A program made the position numbers and the translations under genes. Of a stretch of 62,429 bases of DNA, positions 19,720 to 28,600 are shown one piece after another. Source of the stretch: Bdellovibrionales bacterium (GTDB lineage Bacteria > Bdellovibrionota > Bdellovibrionia > Bdellovibrionales > UBA1609); contig SKLV01000116.1 of assembly GCA_007121385.1 (NCBI GenBank), forward strand, positions 1 to 62,429, in the 5' to 3' direction. Below the pieces are notes generated by a model that saw only the letters and a list, made by a program, of their open reading frames with translations, did no database searches and was not told the origin of the DNA. How positions within the stretch are numbered: the first letter of the stretch is position 1; the number at the start of each line of letters is the position of its first letter.

Positions 19720-20711
19720 TTGACATTCTCCAGACTCTTTTTCTCAACTCGGGCTCGAGCTCTCTCCACTCTCACCTGTCGACCTCCGTCCAAAAAAACA
19801 ATTTTATCTCCACGCAGCTCATCCCGGTCCTGCACCACTCTTGGCTCCCCAGAGAAGACAAACCGCCTCTCTCTCAGATAAGCCCGAGCTTCCTGGGAAG
19901 TCACCCACTTTTCACTGTCACTGGCGCGAACCCCTCCCCGCACGGCAACAACCTGCACCTCTTGGGTGGCCCCATCATACTCAAACTCCGCTCTGTCTCC
20001 AGTCACACGAACCTCATCTAAATTCATTTGCACTCGGCCACGGAAGACTCCTATTCGCTGAAGGCCACTAAAGTCAGCCTCCTCACTGCGAATGTTAAAA
20101 AGCTGCCCCTTTTCCAGTCTTTTAGAGCCTCTGACATCGCCTGTTATTTTGACCAAAGAGGTCTCCAAGTCCGCCACCAGAGACTGCCCAGAAAGAGTTA
20201 GGGCTTCACCAAGGGCGTTGGGGGGTTCACGCATACTCACTGGGGTTGGACTGAACAGACGCCGCTCTGCTGAAGAGTAGCTCACCCTATCAGTGCGATA
20301 TTCATAGCCATTGGCAGAGCGAATCAAAACATCACCCTCCACCCAAATATCCCTGTCTACCACCTCGACAACTCCCACCGCTCCAGTCACGGTGAATTGA
20401 ATTCCTTGGTCAGATACAAATACCGCTTTCACCTGAGCAAGATCCCAACGCTCCTGACTCCTTGTGCTGCGGGCCTCTTCGGCCCAGAGCTCCCACTCCC
20501 TTTGGCCCCCTCGAGCCTCGACCAAATGAATTGAGCGCATCACCTGCTCCACGCCCTCGACAAAGGATTGGCGCAATTCATCCATCGAAGAAGACTCCAA
20601 GGGGCCTTCATGCACATCTCGAGGTCGCAAGACCAAGATCTGTAGGACCAGCAGTACAAACAATAAAGCGACCAAAAAACGGCTCCAAGAGCCCCAAAAA
20701 ACTCGGATCAT
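19716..20711 (-). CDS. Membrane-anchored LptC-like plus LptA/OstA-like two-domain protein (apparent LptC-LptA fusion)
   Basis: 331 aa with an N-terminal TM ([17 protein letters not shown]). Two successive OstA/LptC-style beta-jellyroll segments follow, at roughly residues 55-185 and 190-320. It is the only gene between the divergent promoter region and lptB, with a 4-nt overlap with lptB. Confidence 0.6.
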   Translation of the reverse strand: MIRVFWGSWSRFLVALLFVLLVLQILVLRPRDVHEGPLESSSMDELRQSFVEGVEQVMRSIHLVEARGGQREWELWAEEARSTRSQERWDLAQVKAVFVSDQGIQFTVTGAVGVVEVVDRDIWVEGDVLIRSANGYEYRTDRVSYSSAERRLFSPTPVSMREPPNALGEALTLSGQSLVADLETSLVKITGDVRGSKRLEKGQLFNIRSEEADFSGLQRIGVFRGRVQMNLDEVRVTGDRAEFEYDGATQEVQVVAVRGGVRASDSEKWVTSQEARAYLRERRFVFSGEPRVVQDRDELRGDKIVFLDGGRQVRVERARARVEKKSLENVN

Positions 20712-20794
20712 GGAAAGGATTGTAGCACAAAACCAGTAGAGATTTCTGCAAATAGCGACTTTAGAGTTGCCTCTAAACGACCGATAGGTTTCCC

Positions 20795-21505
20795 ATGGAA
20801 AAATGGTTTGTCTGCCAAGGAGAGAATGTTTCAGGTCCCTTTTCCACAGAGGAGGTCAAAGTCCAACTGAAAAATGGGCTGGTCTCCAAGAAGAGCTTAA
20901 TTTGGGGCCGTCTTCACCCCCATTGGCTGCCTGCAAGCCGCTGGGTCAGCCACCTGCAGCAGATCCTTAACCAGGCTCCCCTCTCACAAAATTCTGAAAA
21001 ACAGTGGCACTACGCTCTCAGCGGAGAATCTCACGGCCCATTTGAAAAAGACAAGTTGGTACAGATTCTGAGCTCCCTAGGGCGCGCCCATGAAATTTTG
21101 ATCTGGACCAAGGGCATGAAGAACTGGGCCCCTCTTTTTGAGTTTCCCGAACTCCTTGACGCTATGGGCGTAAATAAAAGAGAATTTCCTCGGGCCTCCC
21201 TCCAGGGCCAGGCTCTGATCGCTGGTGAGCCTCCTCAGACAGGAAAACTGCGCTCCATCAGTGAAGGGGGGTTCTCAGCTTCAGGAGTTTTTCTTATCCC
21301 CGGAGAAGTTTATTCGGTAGAGATTCAAAGCGACCAGCTTAAGACCCCTTTACATGTCAAAGCTCAGGCTCGCTACCGCAGCGAAAGCGGCCATACGGGC
21401 TTTAAGTTCACCAGCCTTCCCCAAGAGGCCAAAACTATTTTAGTTCAGTATTTACGCCAAGTTTTGGCCCAGGAAGAAGAAGACGAAATCACTCAGGCGG
21501 CGTAA
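20795..21505 (+). CDS. GYF_2-GYF_2-PilZ domain protein (putative c-di-GMP receptor)
   Basis: Two GYF_2-like repeats (WFVCQGENVSGPFSTEEV...IWGRLHPHWLPA and WHYALSGESHGPFEKDKL...IWTKGMKNWAPLFEF). The C-terminal PilZ-like segment has KREFPR (RxxxR) and SISEGG, a (D/N)xSxxG variant. Confidence 0.7.
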   Translation: MEKWFVCQGENVSGPFSTEEVKVQLKNGLVSKKSLIWGRLHPHWLPASRWVSHLQQILNQAPLSQNSEKQWHYALSGESHGPFEKDKLVQILSSLGRAHEILIWTKGMKNWAPLFEFPELLDAMGVNKREFPRASLQGQALIAGEPPQTGKLRSISEGGFSASGVFLIPGEVYSVEIQSDQLKTPLHVKAQARYRSESGHTGFKFTSLPQEAKTILVQYLRQVLAQEEEDEITQAA

Positions 21506-22088
21506 AGTCCGGCCGCATGATCACGGCAAAGTTAATCTCCTCAATTCCAGCCTCGGTGGCAGTATACATCACTTTCTTAAGGTTAAGGAAATCCATTTCT
21601 TTGTCAGCCTGAATGGTGATCTTACGGAACTCATCCACCACCCGGCGCGCCGGTTCTCCGTCGCCCCCTCGAGCCTCAGAGAGAGCTTGACGAATCCTCT
21701 CTGGCATAGAGGCCCTCTCCCGCTCTCCCTCCGCAATCAATTCCACAAGACCTTGGCGCAGGGGCTCTATCAGCCAGTCCTCCTGAGCCTTAACCTGGTC
21801 AAAGGAGGCCACAGTGACGTTGTTGAGCATTAAGTTGAGAGGAGAAAGGACAATCACATTGGAGGGCATGAGCTCCTTCACCTCGCGCGCATCAGGCAGT
21901 GCAACTTCCTTAGGAATCACTATAATGTCTCCAGTGGTGGCGTAATTCTGCAACAGGAAAACTACCAACACGGTAAATAAATCCACCATGGCTGTGAGCT
22001 GAAGGACAGCCACAACTTTACGCTTGCTACCATTACCTTTTGAGCGCCCTCTTTTATCGCGTCCCCCGCCGGGAATAAAAATTGGCAT
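21489..22088 (-). CDS. ExbD/TolR-family proton-channel subunit (AglQ/AglS-like), long form
   Basis: 199 aa. Single TM carrying the conserved Asp (LTAMVDLFTVLVVFLL) and a periplasmic ExbD domain. Shares 1 nt (TAATG) with the upstream ExbD gene. Confidence 0.8.
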   Translation of the reverse strand: MPIFIPGGGRDKRGRSKGNGSKRKVVAVLQLTAMVDLFTVLVVFLLQNYATTGDIIVIPKEVALPDAREVKELMPSNVIVLSPLNLMLNNVTVASFDQVKAQEDWLIEPLRQGLVELIAEGERERASMPERIRQALSEARGGDGEPARRVVDEFRKITIQADKEMDFLNLKKVMYTATEAGIEEINFAVIMRPDFTPPE

Positions 22089-22558
22089 TACTCAACTCCT
22101 CCGGTCGCCACAGCAATTTGTGGAAACCCCGCGGCTAAAAGAGCGTCCATTCCCCAAATCAGAGTTTTGTAGGGCAGGGGGTCCTCCACTGTAATCACCG
22201 CATCCACTTTTTCAGGATAAAGCTCCTTCACTCTATTAAGTTCCACCATCAGATTGGGAATATCATACTCTCCATCCACTTTTAAAATACGCTCCACTTG
22301 GCGTCCAATCACCACGCGAAAACCATCAGACCGTACGTCCAAGCGAAAGGAGATGTCCGCCTGTGGGGGTATTTCCACAGGGTCATCATGAGTCCTTTTA
22401 CCGTACATGGAACTACCAATCTGAATCATGGACACTTGAGTCCACACCGCTGTAATGAGGAGAAAGATCACTAGAACGCTCATCAAATCGATGAACGGAA
22501 CAATATTGAGATCCACATTGGTCTGTCGCCCTGAATCCTTCTCCTGAATTTCCGCCAT
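22088..22558 (-). CDS. ExbD/TolR-family proton-channel subunit (AglQ/AglS-like)
   Basis: 156 aa. TM with the conserved Asp (IVPFIDLMSVLVIFLL) and a C-terminal ExbD fold. Confidence 0.85.
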   Translation of the reverse strand: MAEIQEKDSGRQTNVDLNIVPFIDLMSVLVIFLLITAVWTQVSMIQIGSSMYGKRTHDDPVEIPPQADISFRLDVRSDGFRVVIGRQVERILKVDGEYDIPNLMVELNRVKELYPEKVDAVITVEDPLPYKTLIWGMDALLAAGFPQIAVATGGVE

Positions 22559-22587
22559 AACACATCAACCCTTTACCAGCTTTAAAT

Positions 22588-23286
22588 TTAGTCTCTCATC
22601 TTGTCTCGATTGGCCACCACGATATTCATCAAGCTCATACTGCTCTCAAGCATGTCATTGATGGCTCGGCCAATGCGAATTTGAAAAAATCCGTAGGCAA
22701 CAATGGAAATGATCGCCACCAGCAGACCAAAGGCCGTACAGTTCAGGGCTGCCGAAATCCCTCGTGACAGCATGGCGGCTTTGGTGGCGGCGTCTGCCTC
22801 GGCCACACCCGAGAAAGAGACGATCAGACCCATAATTGTACCGAGCAGCCCCACCAGAACCCCTAAGTTACCAAAAATGGCCAGAAAAGAAGTCCATCCC
22901 TCTAGGCGGGGGGACTCTCTCAGAACCGAGGCATCCATCGCCACCTGAACCTCTTCGTCAGGTCTTCGGTTAAGCACTTGGATCAAGCCGGCCTTAAGAG
23001 TGTTGGTCAGTGGAGTCGGGCGACTGTCGCAGAAGGCGATGGCCTGCTTTAAGTCTCCCCGCAAGAGCATCCCGAAGAGGTTCTCACTCACACTGGTCTT
23101 ATCCACTGTCAGCCGCTGCAATGTGAGCAAGCGCTCGACGATCAGAAATAAAGCCATTAATCCTACGGCGGCAATCAGGAACATCACCGGGCCACCATCG
23201 CAAAAGGCTTTGGCTATCCAATTATTATAGCCTGCGCATCTATTCATTATGTCTACTGCTGGACTTATATCTACTGCTGGATCCAA
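22588..23286 (-). CDS. MotA/TolQ/ExbB-family proton channel (AglR-like)
   Basis: 232 aa with 3 TM segments and a conserved C-terminal channel region (GLLGTIMGLI...ALNCTAFGLLVAI). The TTG start at 23286 has GGGAGGG 7 nt upstream. The N-terminus contains an 18-nt tandem duplication encoding PAVDIS/PAVDIM. Confidence 0.85.
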   Translation of the reverse strand: MDPAVDISPAVDIMNRCAGYNNWIAKAFCDGGPVMFLIAAVGLMALFLIVERLLTLQRLTVDKTSVSENLFGMLLRGDLKQAIAFCDSRPTPLTNTLKAGLIQVLNRRPDEEVQVAMDASVLRESPRLEGWTSFLAIFGNLGVLVGLLGTIMGLIVSFSGVAEADAATKAAMLSRGISAALNCTAFGLLVAIISIVAYGFFQIRIGRAINDMLESSMSLMNIVVANRDKMRD

Positions 23287-23300
23287 GGTAATACCCTCCC

Positions 23301-25370
23301 CTAATTATTATTAAAAACAAACGGAAATAAAACTCGGCCAATTTGATCTGGTGGCATTTCTGGGAACCTCCAGGTTCGCAGGAGCCTTAAAACACAATCC
23401 GCCACACTGTTGTTGGCCATAGAGTTACTATTAATGACTGCTCGAATCACTCGACCTCTTTCATCAATATCCCACTCCAAAACCACTCGCCCATAAAGGT
23501 TGGGGTTTCGGTTGAGTTGAGTCTCATAGCAGGACCGAATGGCCGTCCTGTTGGCAATAATCACCCGACGGATGGCCTCACGATCAATGGTGGGAGAAAA
23601 CTCAGCCCCCTGACCCTCAATATTGATATTGACGGAGCCTCGCTCGCCTAGACTCCCTCCTGTCCCAAAGCCAAAGTTGCCAGTCCCACGGCCCTTAGTG
23701 CCCACACCGGCAATACCTTCAGTGGCGGCACCAGTCCCCCCACCAGTCTGGCGAAGTCGTCCACCAATACCTTCTCCTGGGCGACTCTCCGCCTGCCCCG
23801 ATCGCCCGGTGGCCCTATCAGCCAGACCCGTGATCTCTCCACTTCCTGTGGCGGCTCGATCCAGCTTCTGTCGGGTTCCTCCGCCTCCTAAGGCACCAAG
23901 GAGTCCCACCTTTGTCGGATCCGGCCGCTGGGTCTTAGCACTGGCCCCCGCTGTGTCTCCCATCTTTACAGCCCCCCCCTGACGGTGCACACTAGCCGGG
24001 GTGTCTTTAGGAGCTGGTTTAGGAGTGGGCCTCACATCTGAAGCAGTTCCGGGATCTTTGGGCTGAGTGCTCACCTGTTTTCTCTGCTGCTGCTTGGGCT
24101 TTGCCTCCTTAATTTCCACAACCTTTTTCTCCCGTGGAGGCTGCCTCTGCTCTTCGATCTGAACCACTTTGGGCTTTGGCTTAGGCCTAGGAGGCTGGAA
24201 GGTCACAGTGGCCATGCGCAAGGGCTCTTCAATCAGTGATCCATCATCCAGGGGCACAGGCTCATAGATCTTTATGTAGAGTCCTAGAATCAAAGCCACC
24301 AGTACCGCCAATGCCACCCCTGTCAACTCAGAGCTGGTGAGATCAAAGAGGGGTGCCACTAAAGCTTTGGGTGTCTCCGCCGAATAACGGATGTAAAGAG
24401 AAATTTGACCCCCAGACAGATCCACTCTCACCATCTCTCCCTGCGCAAGGTCCAACTCCTGGAAAGTGCCTGCTGATCGCAACCGCCCCGCTTTGGCGGC
24501 CTCGGTCAAGGGAAAGCTTTTGTTAGGTTCGAGCCAGAGCTGTCCACCCATATCGGGAGACAGTCGAATAGTGGCATTGGACTGCAAATCAATAAGAGGG
24601 TGCCCCGCCTTACCGAAACTCATGCCTGGAACAACGATATCCACGTTAGGTCCTGATCCGATAACCAATTGGCCCTTTTCTTTAAAGTGCTGAGTCGATA
24701 GGACTCGATCTTTCCAGGCCACCACCACTTCCAGGAGGGGCCCCTTTTGCGGCTTCAGCACTTCAGAGAGGTCCTTCACCTGGCTGGGCGGAGCGAAAGT
24801 CTTTTCATCCTTTTTCTTAGTACTCCAGGTTTTTGCCGCTAAAGCCACTCCTCCTGTAGTGGAGGCCGTCACTGATGCGGGACTCTCCTTGGCCATGGGG
24901 CTAATGGACACAGGTGGCACTTGAACTTGAGGGACCACCTTCCTTTTTGGCGCAGCCGCAGCCGGAGGCAGAGGTGGAGTTTCAGCCGCGGGTGGTGGGG
25001 CGGCTACGGCAGGAGGGGCCTCCACTTTAGGTGGAGGCGGAGCCTCTGGTCGCGGAGGAGCTGCCGGCTTAGGCACCCCGATAAAAAACTCAATACGATA
25101 AACGCCCAGGCGCAACTCGTCACCTGATTGCAGGGGCTCATCCAAAACTCTTTGTCCCCTCAAAAAAGTCCCACTCTGTGAGCCGAGGTCCGAGACATAG
25201 TAACCGGATTGACGATCCTCGATCACAGCATGAAGAGGCGACACACTCTCATCTTTAAGGTCCAACTGGACCTCGGCGTCCCGTCCGATCACAATTTGCT
25301 CACGGTCAAACTGCTGCACGGACTCAAGCTGATCATTCTTGTAGATACGCAATAAAACTGGTGGTTTCAA
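23301..25370 (-). CDS. FHA-domain, TM, Pro/Lys- and Gly-rich protein with an AgmX/PglI-type TonB-like C-terminal domain (GltG/AgmX-like)
   Basis: 689 aa. N-terminal FHA (IVIGRDAEVQLDLKDESVSPLHAVIE...YYVSDLGSQSGTFLRGQRV), Pro/Ala linker, one TM (LTGVALAVLVALILGLYIKIY), and a PKPKPK linker. The C-terminus reads IRSCYETQLNRNPNLYGRVVLEWDIDERGRV...CVLRLLRTWRFP. Confidence 0.8.
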   Translation of the reverse strand: MKPPVLLRIYKNDQLESVQQFDREQIVIGRDAEVQLDLKDESVSPLHAVIEDRQSGYYVSDLGSQSGTFLRGQRVLDEPLQSGDELRLGVYRIEFFIGVPKPAAPPRPEAPPPPKVEAPPAVAAPPPAAETPPLPPAAAAPKRKVVPQVQVPPVSISPMAKESPASVTASTTGGVALAAKTWSTKKKDEKTFAPPSQVKDLSEVLKPQKGPLLEVVVAWKDRVLSTQHFKEKGQLVIGSGPNVDIVVPGMSFGKAGHPLIDLQSNATIRLSPDMGGQLWLEPNKSFPLTEAAKAGRLRSAGTFQELDLAQGEMVRVDLSGGQISLYIRYSAETPKALVAPLFDLTSSELTGVALAVLVALILGLYIKIYEPVPLDDGSLIEEPLRMATVTFQPPRPKPKPKVVQIEEQRQPPREKKVVEIKEAKPKQQQRKQVSTQPKDPGTASDVRPTPKPAPKDTPASVHRQGGAVKMGDTAGASAKTQRPDPTKVGLLGALGGGGTRQKLDRAATGSGEITGLADRATGRSGQAESRPGEGIGGRLRQTGGGTGAATEGIAGVGTKGRGTGNFGFGTGGSLGERGSVNINIEGQGAEFSPTIDREAIRRVIIANRTAIRSCYETQLNRNPNLYGRVVLEWDIDERGRVIRAVINSNSMANNSVADCVLRLLRTWRFPEMPPDQIGRVLFPFVFNNN

Positions 25371-25639
25371 TCGCCGCTCCTACCTCTTGGAATTTCCTCT
25401 GCAGTCCTTCTCATCTCTGGAACAAAATTCTCTCTTAACTTAATCAACCGCTTGTAATTAAACTGTCTTTGCTGCAGCAAATACATTAACTCCGGCTTGC
25501 TGGCTTCCCCGGTGATCAACTCATCTTCAAAGTCGATGGTCGTTCTTCTTCGACCATCATCTTCCTGGGCTTGAGCTTGCTGAGCTGTCATCAATAAAAC
25601 TCCCGCAACAATTATTATTTTAAACCATTTTCTGGCCAC
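25367..25639 (-). CDS. Small secreted protein of the gliding cluster (GltF position)
   Basis: 90 aa. GTG start with GGAGG 6 nt upstream. Signal peptide (IIIVAGVLLMTAQQAQA). 4-nt overlap with the downstream FHA/TonB-C gene. Confidence 0.6.
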   Translation of the reverse strand: MARKWFKIIIVAGVLLMTAQQAQAQEDDGRRRTTIDFEDELITGEASKPELMYLLQQRQFNYKRLIKLRENFVPEMRRTAEEIPRGRSGD

Positions 25640-25653
25640 CGCAAGCCTCCATT

Positions 25654-28600
25654 TTATCTCAAAGCTCTTTCAAGCTGATCCATACGTCTAAGAATTTGGG
25701 GATCATCAGCAACGAATTTAACTCGACTAATCACACCCCTGGCCTCGTCAAACTCCTGCAACCTCTCCACAAGCAGGATGGCATAGTTGTAGAGAACCGC
25801 AATGTTACGCGCATCGTTGTCTAAAATATCTTTATAGATATCCCTGGCTCGTCGGAACTCTCCCACACCCGTCAGAGCTACGGCAAAGTTGTTGGCAATC
25901 TCAAGAGCCGTCGCTTCTCCCCGTCGCACATTGGCTCTCTGGGAGCGAAAACTTTGCTCTAAAGGAGCGATAGCTCGACTATAGTCCTTATGCTCCAGGT
26001 AAATAGAAGCCAAATTGGTTGCACCAAACAAATAGTCTCGCCCCACATCCAGGCTTCTCCTGAAAGCCGTAATCGCAGCCCTCAAGTTTTTCTCACTCAA
26101 TTCAATGACGCCGAGATTATTATACAGGCCCGGTTGGTTGGGGTGTTTCTCAAGGGCTCGATTCAAAATAATCCGAGCTAACCCTGGTCTTCCCTGCTGA
26201 AAACTAAACATGGCCAGAGAGTTCAGCGCTAAAAGGTGGTCGGGATCTTTAGCCAAAATTCGCGAAGCCGCCTCGACCATCACCTCTTCACTGCGACCCA
26301 TTCGAGCCGAGGCTAAAGCCTCCAATTCGGCTCGAGTGATCTCCTCGCTGATTGCCGAACGAGTGAGGCTGTCCATCCAGTCGATGATCTTGGTGAGAAT
26401 AACCCTTTCCCCCCCATCTCGACTCTCCCCTGGTCGGAGGGTCCTCAGCTCAGAAGAGGCAATAATAGTCCACTGATTGTAAGCCTCCATCCGCGAGGAG
26501 CTTTCCAGGGCGGCGCGAAAATTGGTGACCGCCTCCTCTTGAAAGGGCCTGGCAATCTCTTCGACACCAGCCCGATACTGCTGCAACTCCTCTTCATTTA
26601 GACCTGAGGGAATAGGCGCATTGACGAGGGCTGCTGCCTTGTGCTGAAGAGCCTGACCCAGGACAGTCAAAGCGGCCACCACCATCGGGCCATCATCATA
26701 GGCAATGACAGACCTAAGTTCTTCCTTGAGCTTTTCCAAAAGAGCCAGCTTGCGATTGACCGCCTGAGCTTGCCGGTTGGGATCCCTGGGGATTTCAATT
26801 TTCCGTAGCTCCTCGTAGGTGCCATAGACTTGCTTAAAACGAGCCTCCGCAGCATAAGCTGTTCCCACATTTTCCCCTCGGGAGGCAAGATTTCTCTGAA
26901 TGCGAATGGTTCGAGCGTAGGCATCACTGGCGGCCTTATTGCGACGAAGACGCTCATTGAGTTGGGCAATTTTAAATGAGGACCTCACCATGGCCTCCCC
27001 GTTGGGGGAGTTGCTCTCCATAAACTGATTGTAATGACCCAAGGCCTGGGTGATCCGGCCCTGTCTTTCTTGCAGGGCCCCCATCAGCAAAAGGGCTTCC
27101 CAGCGGTTGGCATCGCGGCTGAGCTCCAGATACCTCTCATAATTTCGCTGGGCTGCTTGAAAGAAGTTCATCCCGTCACGAATAACTGCGGCATTATAGT
27201 AGAAAGCGGGGGCCTCTTGATCTCGGGGATTTCCATTGGCATAGCTCTCAAAGGCATCGGCGGCGCGAGAGTACTGGCCTGTTTTTTCATAGAGGGCTGC
27301 AACAAAGCGACTGGAGTTTCGCCGAAGCCCGGCATGGGCCTCACCAGAAGTCCCCAAAACCGCTGTGTACATGGCGATGGCTTTAACGAGGTTACCCCCT
27401 TTTTCATAATTGAGGGCCGCATTGTAAGCGGCTCTCACACCCAGATCACTATTTGGATTTTTCCTGGCGAACTCTTCAAAGGACTCGGCACTCTTAAGGT
27501 AATCACCCGCTTTTTCTTGTTCCTGCGCCATGGAGAAAGAGGCTTCTTGCATAATTTTTGTAACTTGGGCTCCCACCGGGGAGGCTGCCAATTCAGGAAC
27601 AGCCAGTATTTGTTGGGCCGCCTTTTCAAGTCCGGAAAAATCCTGACGCAGGTTGAAACTGTCCAAAATGAGGTTGGCCGAGAACTCCGCCTGCTCCGAC
27701 TTGGGACTGTCGGCGATCACTTGCTGGAACATGGGGATGGCCTTATCAAATTGATTGTAATAGTAGTAAAGTGTGGCTAGACGATAGCGAATGGGAATAG
27801 TGCTCTCTTTATCTTTGGTGATCTGAAAATAGCGCAAGGAGGCCGCTTCAAAAGCGCGAATGGTGCGATCAAACTCTAAAGGCTGGGTAGTGTCGCCCAC
27901 AATCCTGCGGATCTCCTCCGGAGTGGGTAGTCGCTTTTCCAAAGCCAATATGGCATTGAGAGTGGCTTTCTCCAGATACTCACTGTCTGGGGCATTCTCA
28001 GTGACCCACAAATAACTGGCCGCAGCGGCCTCAAACTCCTCCATTTCAAACATGAGTTCACCAAAGAAGAAGCGCATTTCATGAGTCTTGGGCGTTAACT
28101 TAAAGGTGTCGAAGTACATCCTGTAGCCGCCAGCCGCTCGCCTCTGGACCTCGGGGTTTCGGGTGTTTTGAGCCACCTGATGCTGCTGCAAAATCCAGTT
28201 GCGCAAAGTGGTCTCCATCAGGGCTGCGGACTTGACAATGAGCTCCCGATTGGAAGCATTGGCCCTGGCCCAGACTCCCTCTGGTCCAAAGCGATCCACC
28301 CAATGCCCAAGCTCTTGACGAAAGGCGGGGGTTTCTCCCTGTCCCGCTAAAAGAGTTATAATTTGGTATTGATAATCGAAGGCCTTAGGCGCCGTGGGGC
28401 GCTCTGCAATAAGATCTTTGAAGAGGAAAGTGGCGGCCTCTCTTTGGCCCCGATCGGCGTAGTGATAAGCCAGACGCTCCACCATACCAGAAACTCCCCT
28501 CTGCCCCACGACCGAGGCAAAGTACTGGCGAGCACGACGAAAATCTCCTGTCTCAGCATAAAAGGTGACGAGATCCTTTAAAGCCTCATTGGCCAAACGA

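Noticed and set aside
27034-27780. A 248-aa plus-strand ORF inside the 1311-aa TPR gene, plus many similar 60-180-aa antisense ORFs in the track (e.g. 13448-13969, 30380-30910, 42362-42877, 60360-60953)
   Set aside because: All are nested antisense or out of frame within long ORFs that have clear family signatures. They have no independent motifs or ribosome-binding sites. I treat them as frame shadows of mid-GC coding DNA.
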